In this document: positions 1 through 7,982 of the stretch, in pieces | Numbering within the stretch: the stretch's first letter is position 1 | Layout of the letters: each line of letters begins with the position of its first letter | Assembly: GCA_041736305.1 (NCBI GenBank) | Contig: JBGSTX010000384.1 | Coordinates: 1 to 19,226 of the forward strand | Origin: Oligoflexus sp. | GTDB taxonomy: Bacteria; Bdellovibrionota_B; Oligoflexia; Oligoflexales; Oligoflexaceae | Length of the DNA: 19,226 nucleotides | Direction of reading: 5' to 3' | The notes under the pieces: model-generated | Told to the model about the DNA's origin: nothing | The model's input: the letters and a program-made list of their open reading frames with translations, nothing else | The model's database searches: none | Translations under genes and position numbers: made by a program

Positions 1-365
1 TTGCCGCGGGCCTTCTTCAAATATTCCATCTTGAGCTGGGTAACTATAAAGCGCGCGTCGGCTGGCATACTGTACGAGAGAGCAATATTGCCGGTCAATT
101 CGGCAAGATTTGCCAGAGCTACAGCATGAATGCTTTGCAGGTGGTTCCTGACCTTAGGGATATCTTCGAGAGTCACTCGAGCGTAACCGGCTCGCAATTC
201 TTCTATCGAAGCCGGAATGGAGCCCGTGTAGGGTGCAACCCGGCCGACCCCCTTGCTGAATACGCGCTTGCCGCCTGGGAGACGGTGTAAGCGATCCCAG
301 CTTGATTTGACAAGGTTCATTTCCGCAGGGTTAAAAAGATTTTTGATCGAAGAAAACTGAAACAT
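1..365 (-). CDS. Hotdog-fold thioesterase-like protein (DUF4442/PaaI family), partial (3' end outside window)
   Basis: Not in the ORF track. Manual translation from ATG 365 (SD AAGGAGGAG upstream) gives MFQFSSIKNLF...LPGGKRVFSKGVGRVAPYTGSI...VRNHLQSIHAVALANLAELTG...MEYLKKARG. The NH..SIHA.AL...AE motif is typical of PaaI/DUF4442 hotdog proteins. Confidence 0.85.
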   Translation of the reverse strand, partial: MFQFSSIKNLFNPAEMNLVKSSWDRLHRLPGGKRVFSKGVGRVAPYTGSIPASIEELRAGYARVTLEDIPKVRNHLQSIHAVALANLAELTGNIALSYSMPADARFIVTQLKMEYLKKARG

Positions 366-514
366 CAGGTCGCTCCTCCTTTCTGATTTATTTCGAGAAG
401 TTTATAGCACGTCCTGGTTCCCTGTCAGCAGATACTCTCACTTGTTTGGAGATTAGCTGTTCCAAAATCCAAGAAATGAGCCGATGATGAGGCAGCACGA
501 GAAGGAGGCATATT

Positions 515-1900
515 TTGAAAATACTGATCACAGGCGCGACGGGATTTGTAGGGAGAGCTCTCAGTCTTGAGCTCAGCAAGCTGGGACATCAGCTTACGGC
601 CGTAACACGCGATCCTCGGCGACTGAAAGAAGGTGACTGGGAACTGCCGATGGAAGCGGTTGTCTGGAATCCGGCCTATGAAGTCTGTCCTCTTGATCTG
701 GAAGACTATGATGCCGTTGTGCATCTGATGGGCGAATCAGTCGCCTCTGGACGTTGGACCGAGGAACGCAAGAAAGCCATCTATGACTCGAGAGTATTGG
801 CCAGTCGGAATCTGATTCAAGCGATCGAAAAAAGGCGTAAGCCGCTCCCCTGTCTCATCTCCGCTTCGGCTATCGGCTACTATCCTGGCGACAGTCGCGA
901 AAGCTTCGATGAGTCGCACGCGCCGGGCACAGGCTTTTTAGCCAAGGTATGTCAGGACTGGGAGGCAGCCGTCCTGTCTGGAAAAAATGTCGAACGAAGC
1001 ACTGTCTTGCGCATAGGCGTGGTGCTCGGCGCTGAAGGCGGAGCCCTGCAGAAGATGGTAACGCCCTTTAAATATGGGGTTGGAGGTGTTCTCGGCAGCG
1101 GTGAGCAGATGATGAGCTGGATTCATCGGGATGATCTGGTATCGATCATTTTGCGGGCGCTCGAGGATAAGCGCTACGAAGGCCCTATCAACTGCGTAGC
1201 GCCGCATCCTGTTCGCCACCGTGAGTTTGTTACGACCCTGGGCAAGGTGCTGCGAAGACCGACAGCTCTCCCGGTTCCCACTCCTGCCTTGCGGCTTGCA
1301 CTCGGTGATATGGCTGGACTCGTGCTTGAGAGTCAGTCGGTGCGTCCAGCGCGACTCGAAGCTCTAGGCTTCAAGTATACCTATCCCGAACTTGAACAGG
1401 CCCTGGTCGAAGCCTGCAACGTGGTGACCAGTAGAGGTCATCCTTTGCCTTGCATGCGCCTGAGCGCAGTGCAGTTCATCGCCCGGCCTTTGGAAGATGT
1501 GTTCGACTTTTTCTGTGACCCCAAGAATCTCGAAAAGATTACGCCGCCGCTGCTGCGCTTCAATATCAAGAACATCAGTAGCCAGGACGTCCACGAGGGA
1601 ACGATCATCAACTATCGCCTGCGGGTGCGAGGTGTGCCGCTAGGGTGGCGAACAAGAATCTCTGAGTGGAAAGCCAATCGCCGTTTTGTTGACATCCAAG
1701 AGGCTGGACCCTATCGCATTTGGCATCATACCCATGAGTTTTTTGCGGTGCCAGGTGGTACGCTCATGACGGATGTCGTTCGCTATAAACTGCCTATGGG
1801 AATGCTGGGCGAAGCGGTCGCGCTGCCCCTTGTACGCCGGGATATTAAGCAGATTTTCACCTATCGACGGCAAGTGATTGGCGAAATATTTGGGACTTAA
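515..1900 (+). CDS. TIGR01777 family NAD(P)-dependent oxidoreductase/epimerase (YfcH/SDR39U1-like) fused to a C-terminal SRPBCC domain
   Basis: KILITGATGFVG Rossmann motif, RWTEERKKAIYDSRV, SASAIGYY, GFLAKVCQDWE, SWIHRDD. The last ~150 aa (PLEDVFDFF.DPKNLEKITPP...FVDIQEAGPYRIWHHTHEF) are SRPBCC-like. TTG start with SD AAGGAGG. Confidence 0.92.
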   Translation: MKILITGATGFVGRALSLELSKLGHQLTAVTRDPRRLKEGDWELPMEAVVWNPAYEVCPLDLEDYDAVVHLMGESVASGRWTEERKKAIYDSRVLASRNLIQAIEKRRKPLPCLISASAIGYYPGDSRESFDESHAPGTGFLAKVCQDWEAAVLSGKNVERSTVLRIGVVLGAEGGALQKMVTPFKYGVGGVLGSGEQMMSWIHRDDLVSIILRALEDKRYEGPINCVAPHPVRHREFVTTLGKVLRRPTALPVPTPALRLALGDMAGLVLESQSVRPARLEALGFKYTYPELEQALVEACNVVTSRGHPLPCMRLSAVQFIARPLEDVFDFFCDPKNLEKITPPLLRFNIKNISSQDVHEGTIINYRLRVRGVPLGWRTRISEWKANRRFVDIQEAGPYRIWHHTHEFFAVPGGTLMTDVVRYKLPMGMLGEAVALPLVRRDIKQIFTYRRQVIGEIFGT

Positions 1901-1901
1901 G

Positions 1902-1946
1902 AAAAAGGGCCGCCCCTGCCGATCTGCAAGCGGTCTGTGAGCGGCC
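1902..1946 (-). terminator. Probable intrinsic terminator for the M16 operon
   Basis: The minus strand reads GGCCGCTC...GGGCGGCC (8-bp stem with one GU pair, long loop) followed by CTTTTT, between convergent genes. Confidence 0.4.
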
Positions 1947-1954
1947 AGGCATGA

Positions 1955-3346
1955 TCAGAGAAAGGAAGCGGCCTCGACTGTTCGCACGTCTTTATCTTTG
2001 TAGCCTAGGGATTTGAAGACGGGAGCCAATTTTTGCTTGTCGCCCATAACATAGACGTAAGCCTGGCCGAGGTCGAAGTATTCCTTGCCCATTTTGGTCA
2101 CTTCACTAGCCGGGGTTTTAGCTATCCATTCGTCCATGGTCTCAAGAAATTTCAGATCACGGCCATAAATTTTTGAAGAAAGGGTATCGGTCAGTCGATC
2201 GGAGGGCAACTCGCGCCCAGCTTTCCACTGAGTGAGCAGATCGACTTTAACCAGCTCCGTCGTTGGCTGATCGACGACTAGCTTCGCCTGCGCCTTCACA
2301 ACTTCTTCGACGCCTGACATCAGAGCACCGAGCTTATCAGTAGAAGCAAAGGAAGAAACGCCCCAGTAACCAAGATCCTCACGCACCGACGAGCCAGCCC
2401 CGTAGGTGAGGCCCCTTTCTTCTCTGAGGACTTTGAAGAGCGATCCTTGCATCCCACCACCCAGGAGGGTATTGGCCAGTTCAAGGGCTATCATTTCTTG
2501 GTTGTCGAGTGGAATCTTGCGCCTTACGATGTAGAGCACTTGATTATCAGTGGCCCCTGGGCGGTCGACGAGAACAATTTTCTCCGGGCCCTTCGGCTTC
2601 TGATTGGCGCGTGGTGATTCGAACTTACGTTGGGCGAGATCTTTGAGCAGGAAACCTGACGAAGACAGCTTATCTTCAATAAGCTTATGGAGGACTGTGC
2701 TATCCACGGGCCCTACCGCTGCTGCGAGAAGGTAACGAGGATCGAAGAGGATAGGCTTCGCTGCCTTGACTGTTTTAATATCGATGTTTTTCAAAGAGAG
2801 TCGCGATGGCGATCCATCGCGAACATCCGGATGATAGGCAAAGGCATCGCGCAAAGCCACATAGCGCAGGGTGGACCTCATATCGTCTTCTCGCTGCGCT
2901 AAACCAGCCTCGACGCGCAAGCGAGCGAGCTGATAAGTCGCGTCATCGAACTTCGGCTTTTTCAAAGTCTCCAGGGCCAGTGCCAGTACTTCGTCGAGCT
3001 TATCCGTCGGTGCGAGCACAGAAACCGTCGCCAAGCGCGAGCTGACCGAGTAATGGATTTCTCCTGCAAGAAGAAAGAGCTTTTTGCGATATTCACTGCC
3101 GGACATTCCTTCGGGCCCTTCGCTCAGCATGAGGGAAAGGACCTGGCTTACACCCTGCTCTTTAGGTTTGATGAGCCCATTGCCCCCACGGAAGCTGATC
3201 ATCACGAAGTTCCGGGGTGAGCGAAGATCCTGTTCTATCAATAATTCGGTGCCGTTCTTCAACTTCAGCTCAGCCGCCTGCGCGAGGCTGGCGAAGAGGC
3301 TCATAAGAAGGGTCAGTACCCAGCCAGTCTTCTTAAATATTTGCAT
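1955..3346 (-). CDS. M16 family peptidase, non-catalytic subunit, exported
   Basis: Signal peptide (…LAQA|AE), M16 fold cues (GVSQVLSLMLSEG replacing HxxEH; ALELANTLLGGGMQGSLFKVLREERGLTYG with the R/Y pair). It starts 2 nt after the stop of the catalytic subunit. Confidence 0.88.
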   Translation of the reverse strand: MQIFKKTGWVLTLLMSLFASLAQAAELKLKNGTELLIEQDLRSPRNFVMISFRGGNGLIKPKEQGVSQVLSLMLSEGPEGMSGSEYRKKLFLLAGEIHYSVSSRLATVSVLAPTDKLDEVLALALETLKKPKFDDATYQLARLRVEAGLAQREDDMRSTLRYVALRDAFAYHPDVRDGSPSRLSLKNIDIKTVKAAKPILFDPRYLLAAAVGPVDSTVLHKLIEDKLSSSGFLLKDLAQRKFESPRANQKPKGPEKIVLVDRPGATDNQVLYIVRRKIPLDNQEMIALELANTLLGGGMQGSLFKVLREERGLTYGAGSSVREDLGYWGVSSFASTDKLGALMSGVEEVVKAQAKLVVDQPTTELVKVDLLTQWKAGRELPSDRLTDTLSSKIYGRDLKFLETMDEWIAKTPASEVTKMGKEYFDLGQAYVYVMGDKQKLAPVFKSLGYKDKDVRTVEAASFL

Positions 3347-3348
3347 GT

Positions 3349-4686
3349 TTAGCTCTTCTTCTGCTTATTGTTGACAGCTATAAGATTGTCTTTGTCGAGG
3401 AGTTTTTTCAGGTAGGCCACCATCTCAGCCTTGGGAATAGCAGGCGTCGTGTTGAGGTTGCGAGCCAGAGCTTCGATGCTCCCGTACTTTCCCCAATAGT
3501 GAGCTAGGTTCGCGTTCATATCGGCGTTGCGCAGCACGCTTTCGGCGAGCCGGTAGCGATATTCTGCCAGATAGGCCGTATACTCTTCGTCGCTCAAGCT
3601 TTGCAGGTCGCCCGCTAGCTTCGAAAACTGAGCAATGGCGGTGTCAAAGCTCGTTTCCGCTTTGAGTTCGAGGAGAAACTGCGAGAGCCCGAAATCGTAC
3701 TCCGTATTGAAAGGACCGACTGCAGCCGCAATTTTTTCATCATAAACCAGCCGTTTTTTAGCGAGGCTATTGCTCGATTCAGCCAGAATATGGTCGGCTA
3801 GGGTAAAGAGCGTAAAATTTTGCTCATTCAGAGCTTCGAGCCGATAACCTAAAAGCAGACTACGGGACTGGGAAGGGAGCTTGCCTTCGCCTCGAACGAG
3901 ACCTTTATTCTCAATGGGAGGGGGCGTCGGGGGAGTTTCGCCTCGCTGCCAGTCGCTGTAGTTGGCGAGGACCCATGCCTTAGCATCTTCAAGCTTGAAA
4001 TCTCCGGCTACGAAGAGTCCAACGTTGTTCGGCTTGTAGAACTTTTGGAAGAATTCGTTGCAGTCTTTGGCGCTTATCTTGTCGAGGTCGGCGCGTTCAC
4101 CCATGATGGTCCAGCCGTAAGGATGGTTGGGGAAACCCTTTTGATAGAGCGTGAACCAGAGGTCCATCATCGGCTTCGAATCGATGCCCATAGAATATTC
4201 AGAGCGTACCGCTTCGCGCTCGATCTTCAGGAGATCGTCCGTAACCACGAGCCTTTTGAAGCGATCGCTCTCGATTTTCAGAGCTTCTTTAAGTTTTCCA
4301 TTAGAAATGGTCGTCGTATAAACTGTGGCTCCATAGCGAGTATTAGCATTGATATCCCCACCTAGCGGACGCACCAAAGTATCGAAATTGGGGGCGTCCT
4401 TGCTGAGAGGTCGAAACATCATGTGTTCGAAGAGGTGAGCAATGCCGGTGATGCCAGGCTTTTCCTGAAGACTGCCGACTTTGACCCAATGGTATATGGA
4501 GGTCGTTGGAGCGTCTTTATTTGGGGTGAGAACGACAGTTAGCCCGTTGGGTAGCTCAAACTGATAGCTTTTGAGATCACCCTGAATACTGAGGGTCTTT
4601 TCAGCTAGCTTGGCATCAGCACGGGAGTGTCCCATAGGCCAGCTTAGGAGGCCTAGGGCCAGGACAGTGGATGAGAGAATACGCAT
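3349..4686 (-). CDS. M16 family zinc peptidase (pitrilysin-like), catalytic subunit, exported
   Basis: VGSLQEKPGITGIAHLFEHMMF (inverted zinc motif HxxEH), NANT, EREAVRSE, HPYGWTIMG, FFQKFYKPNN. ATG 4686 is preferred over GTG 4743 because it begins a signal peptide (MRILSSTVLALGLL). Confidence 0.93.
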   Translation of the reverse strand: MRILSSTVLALGLLSWPMGHSRADAKLAEKTLSIQGDLKSYQFELPNGLTVVLTPNKDAPTTSIYHWVKVGSLQEKPGITGIAHLFEHMMFRPLSKDAPNFDTLVRPLGGDINANTRYGATVYTTTISNGKLKEALKIESDRFKRLVVTDDLLKIEREAVRSEYSMGIDSKPMMDLWFTLYQKGFPNHPYGWTIMGERADLDKISAKDCNEFFQKFYKPNNVGLFVAGDFKLEDAKAWVLANYSDWQRGETPPTPPPIENKGLVRGEGKLPSQSRSLLLGYRLEALNEQNFTLFTLADHILAESSNSLAKKRLVYDEKIAAAVGPFNTEYDFGLSQFLLELKAETSFDTAIAQFSKLAGDLQSLSDEEYTAYLAEYRYRLAESVLRNADMNANLAHYWGKYGSIEALARNLNTTPAIPKAEMVAYLKKLLDKDNLIAVNNKQKKS

Positions 4687-4795
4687 GTTGTGATCCAGCA
4701 AGAGAAGAATAAAAATATTTGGCCCTTTGAACGATATCCACACCTCCGCCTATAAGCAAGCCTAAGTTGCTGGCCGTTCTTCTCTTAGCTGCTGT

Positions 4796-4815
4796 GGCCA
4801 GTCTGGAGACTGGCC
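4796..4815. terminator. GC-rich inverted repeat downstream of the Tyr-rich peptide (terminator or stabilising hairpin)
   Basis: GGCCAGTCT-GG-AGACTGGCC, perfect 9-bp arms, 18 nt after the TAG at 4834-4836. No clear U-tract. Confidence 0.45.
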
Positions 4816-4833
4816 CCTACAGATCTTTTTAAC

Positions 4834-4992
4834 CTACCAGTAGCGAGGGTAGTAGTAGCGATAGTGGTTATTCCAGTTGTTGTAGTAATAGACGGATAGC
4901 TATAGGTGTAGTTGTAGCCTCCGTTCTGCGCGTGCACCCTGACCTAGGATGAACGCACTCATTGTTACGGCATAGAATAGAGACTTTTTCAC
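4834..4992 (-). pseudogene. Small secreted Tyr/Asn-rich peptide gene (52 aa) interrupted by an internal TAG, probably from two compensating 1-nt indels
   Basis: SD AAGGAG follows the protease stop directly; GTG at 4992. The frame reads MKKSLFYAVTMSAFILGQGARAERRLQLHL*LSVYYYNNWNNHYRYYYPRYW*. The +1 frame over the middle reads VHAQNGGYNYTYSYP. Confidence 0.6.
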
Positions 4993-5004
4993 GATACGCT
5001 CCTT

Positions 5005-6318
5005 TTACTGATTGAGCACCAAGCGACCCAGAAGTTCGGCACTTTCATAGGCCTGTCGGGTTTGTGAGTCGACGGTGGCATCCATGGATCTAAGTTCAGA
5101 AAAGTGTCTGCTGACGTATTGCCTTATATGCGTTGTTTCTGCCAAGACCGAACACAGATGAGGCTCGAGTTGTTGCGAAGCGAAAGTGTAGTCGACTCGG
5201 CCCGATTTGAAGTCTCGGAGGATACTACACAAGAGCACGCTACTCGTATTCAATCTGCGTCCGTATTCATAGAGTGTACGATGCGAGCTTGAAAGTACAA
5301 GCTGGATAAAATATGGAGCCAAAGATGACTGGAGACAGGCGTTTTGCTCAAGCTGCTCAGTTTCATTGAAGAGGACATCAGCGTTGATAAAAAAGGTTCC
5401 TCCAGGGCAAGTCGAGCCAAAGGCTGGCACTCCATTTAGAGCGTTGCCACTGTCAGGCGCTTGTTGATTGCTGTTGTACATGTAGAAAGCTCCATCGATA
5501 ACTTGCGCAGGAGATAGTTGCGAGCCTGCTTTGAGAATTTGGTCGACAACTGGTCGGAAGGAACTCAGAGCGATGCCAACATTTGCATATTCCTGGCTGT
5601 AGTCGTCGCGATAGACTGAATCGGCAGCTCCGCGACGATACTCGCTGACGCCAATTCCCACGATTTCATATTTCTGGAGGCTCCCATTATACTGCATAAG
5701 GGGTCCCCCGGAGACTCCTGAGGTAGCATCGCAGTCGTGAAAGACGAGCCCTACAGCATTTTTAGATCTTACGCGACAGGTGCGGTGAAAACTCAGGACA
5801 TTGCCGCCGAGCTTGTCGACGGAATAGCCTGCGAAGGCGACGTAGTCGGGCAGCTGACCGCCGAGGTCTTGCGGCGAGATGGTGATAAAACTGTATCCAC
5901 GCAGGGGGCTTGCGAGTCGCAGCACCGCGTAATCGAATTGACGATTGGACTCAGGACTGTAGCTTCCTATCCAGAAATCACGGATCCAAGCTCGCTGTTC
6001 CACATGACCTGGACTCAGACTAGGACGAAAGTAAGAGACGTTGGGCTTGAGTCGACCCGTGGCGTTGTCGACCACGCAGTGAGCTGCCGTGAGCACGAGC
6101 TGATCCGAGATCAAGGTGCCGGTGCATCCACTATCCAAGCGGCCGATGGCGGAAAAAGGGTAAGTGGGATAGGAGATCTGTTCGCGATCATCGTGGCTAA
6201 AGACATTTTTCGGCTCCGCCTTGTCTGCTCTGGAGTCTCGACGGGCACACTGTAAACTAAAGCAAAAGTTCAGAGTCAGGAGCCAAATCAAGCTCAAGAG
6301 TTGGCTTTGCTGTAGCAT
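5005..6318 (-). CDS. Trypsin-like (S1, V8/glutamyl-endopeptidase-like) serine protease with an unknown C-terminal domain, exported or lipoprotein
   Basis: CTGTLIS..VLTAAHC (His), FDYAVLRL (Asp), HDCDATSGVSGGPL (Ser). ATG 6318 has AAGGAA upstream and a hydrophobic leader; the ORF track extends to 6393. Confidence 0.9.
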   Translation of the reverse strand: MLQQSQLLSLIWLLTLNFCFSLQCARRDSRADKAEPKNVFSHDDREQISYPTYPFSAIGRLDSGCTGTLISDQLVLTAAHCVVDNATGRLKPNVSYFRPSLSPGHVEQRAWIRDFWIGSYSPESNRQFDYAVLRLASPLRGYSFITISPQDLGGQLPDYVAFAGYSVDKLGGNVLSFHRTCRVRSKNAVGLVFHDCDATSGVSGGPLMQYNGSLQKYEIVGIGVSEYRRGAADSVYRDDYSQEYANVGIALSSFRPVVDQILKAGSQLSPAQVIDGAFYMYNSNQQAPDSGNALNGVPAFGSTCPGGTFFINADVLFNETEQLEQNACLQSSLAPYFIQLVLSSSHRTLYEYGRRLNTSSVLLCSILRDFKSGRVDYTFASQQLEPHLCSVLAETTHIRQYVSRHFSELRSMDATVDSQTRQAYESAELLGRLVLNQ

Positions 6319-6541
6319 AGACAATTCCTTTCTATGGATCTGCTGATGAAGATGAAAAGTTAAAGCTGTCCAAGCAAAAAGGGCTAGCTTCATCTCACAG
6401 TCTCAGAATCTCCTGTCAATCGGGTCTTCTCAGTAGTGAAAATTACGTGCAACACAAGGAAGCCCTACCCCGACAAATTCTGCTGTATCATACGCGCAGC
6501 ACCTTCTTAGCCTCGTAAGTTTTCTCACTCGCCGCGAACTT

Positions 6542-6558
6542 AGCGGCTTTAAGCCGCT
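6542..6558. promoter_or_regulatory. Palindrome in the divergent protease / TIMP-like intergenic region
   Basis: AGCGGCTT-T-AAGCCGCT, perfect 8-bp arms. Confidence 0.3.
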
Positions 6559-6610
6559 CCACATTTTTGCTAAAGATATTCTCGGAAGTACTTACTGGAT
6601 GGAGTTTCAG

Positions 6611-7078
6611 GTGCGTTACAAAGTTTTTGCTGCGAGTCTCTTGGCGTTTGGCGGTTTTTTTGCTTCTACATCGGCTTCAGCTTGCTCTTGCGAAGGTTTG
6701 CCAAAAACTTTGCAAGAAGCTCTAGCCACCTATCCGTACATATTTTCAGGTAGAGTCAAAGACCGAAAGCTTGGCGCAGGTGGTTTGGTAGTGGTCGAAA
6801 ACACAGATGGCACAAAGACTGCGACTCAATTTCCTGAGCAGTTCGATGTTTCCTTTGAGGTTAGTCGCGTGTTCAAGGGTGAGATTCCGACTTCAGTCCT
6901 CGTTCGAACTTCAAGCGAATGCCAAGATCCATTCCGAGAAGGCGAGTATCTCATTTTCGCGAACGAGGCGAAGCAATTCTTTATTCAATACGTTGCCTGC
7001 GCATTAAGCTATTCCCAGGTAAAAAATACCAAGCAGTTTGAGAAGTACTCCGGCTGGTTGAAACGTCATACGAAATAG
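6611..7078 (+). CDS. Secreted TIMP-like / NTR (OB-fold) domain protein
   Basis: Signal peptide ending ASA followed by CSC; YIFSGRV, FEVSRVFKGE, VRTSSEC, GEYLIFA, VAC match the TIMP N-domain pattern. GTG 6611 has SD GGAG; the track starts at ATG 6599. Confidence 0.72.
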   Translation: MRYKVFAASLLAFGGFFASTSASACSCEGLPKTLQEALATYPYIFSGRVKDRKLGAGGLVVVENTDGTKTATQFPEQFDVSFEVSRVFKGEIPTSVLVRTSSECQDPFREGEYLIFANEAKQFFIQYVACALSYSQVKNTKQFEKYSGWLKRHTK

Positions 7079-7197
7079 CTGTAAACTTTCGGGCTCCCCT
7101 ATGTGTGCAGGTTTTTTCGCGGGAAAAGTTTAAGAGGTCTCCTAAGTCAAAGAACTCTCAAGTTTATTGCCACCTTTTAATATTCAAAGAACGCGAA

Positions 7198-7205
7198 GCC
7201 GATAT
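7198..7205 (+). promoter_or_regulatory. Possible sigma-28 (FliA) -10 element
   Basis: GCCGATAT versus consensus GCCGATAA, about 35 nt before ATG 7241. The -35 match is weak. Confidence 0.3.
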
Positions 7206-7240
7206 CGATCGAAAGCGTTTACCGAAGAGGAAGGGGTCAT

Positions 7241-7855
7241 ATGCTTAGGACGTCTGTAAAGGTTGAAGGATTAGCGATCGGTGCCATTCTAGTGCTCTTG
7301 ACGGCTTGTGCTGATGGCGTGAACTTTAAGGAGAGAAACTCGACCAAGTCGCTCGAACAGTCGACGATTGAAGGTCCCAACACGCCTGTAGGGCAAGAAG
7401 GTCATTCTGAAGATCCAGGCGAAGGCTCGCCTGAGATGCAGGCGAACAATCCAGAGGTTATGGATCCGTCAGCGCCTCAGAATCCTGCTGTGACCAACGA
7501 TCCTGTGCTGAGTGAGTGCGCTAAGAAATGGGTCAAGCATCCTTTCACGAGCGAAGAACTGGCCAAGCCCAAAGTGGTAGATATAAATTCCGATGTTGCT
7601 AACAATGCCCTTCTTTATAGCGATACGGTAACTACGGCTAAACCCACTCTTTACCTGATCAACTTCGATGTGAACGTAGGAAATCAGGGAATCTTTGCTC
7701 TAAAAAATGAGAAGGGCTGGTACTGTCTCAATATGAAGGCTAAGGTTATCAATAACTTCCGCCTCGAGCTCGGTTGTACCACCCAGCTCGCGATAGTCAC
7801 GCAGAATACGCGGAATGATAATAATTTCCAGGAAGTGCGTGATATCTGTCCATGA
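7241..7855 (+). CDS. Hypothetical lipoprotein
   Basis: Lipobox LLTA-C, a Pro/Glu/Asn-rich linker, and a beta-rich C-terminal domain with four further Cys. Purine-rich SD. Confidence 0.8.
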   Translation: MLRTSVKVEGLAIGAILVLLTACADGVNFKERNSTKSLEQSTIEGPNTPVGQEGHSEDPGEGSPEMQANNPEVMDPSAPQNPAVTNDPVLSECAKKWVKHPFTSEELAKPKVVDINSDVANNALLYSDTVTTAKPTLYLINFDVNVGNQGIFALKNEKGWYCLNMKAKVINNFRLELGCTTQLAIVTQNTRNDNNFQEVRDICP

Positions 7856-7947
7856 AGTCCTTGACTGGCAGATCGCATCAAATCACCTCAGTAGGCGTCA
7901 GACTCAAAGAGTAGTTCTCCGGAGTTTTCAGTCGTAAAAGAAGTTTG

Positions 7948-7955
7948 TCCGATAA
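7948..7955 (+). promoter_or_regulatory. Possible sigma-28 (FliA) -10 element
   Basis: TCCGATAA, about 27 nt before ATG 7983. Confidence 0.3.
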
Positions 7956-7982
7956 ACAAACGTCTTTTCGAAGGAAAAAACC

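Noticed and set aside
4687..4743. Longest-ORF starts in the track (4743, 6393, 6599, 16234, 18417)
   Set aside because: Downstream starts give better SD sequences and/or place the signal peptide at the N-terminus.
4836..4920. GTA/GTT triplet-rich stretch as a microsatellite or mini-CRISPR
   Set aside because: No regular repeat-spacer unit. It is explained by Tyr/Asn codons on the minus strand.
388..6255. Short ORFs nested in or antisense to the TIGR01777, M16 and S1 genes (e.g. 2687-2902, 4045-4365, 5737-6255)
   Set aside because: Shadow frames of genes with strong family motifs.
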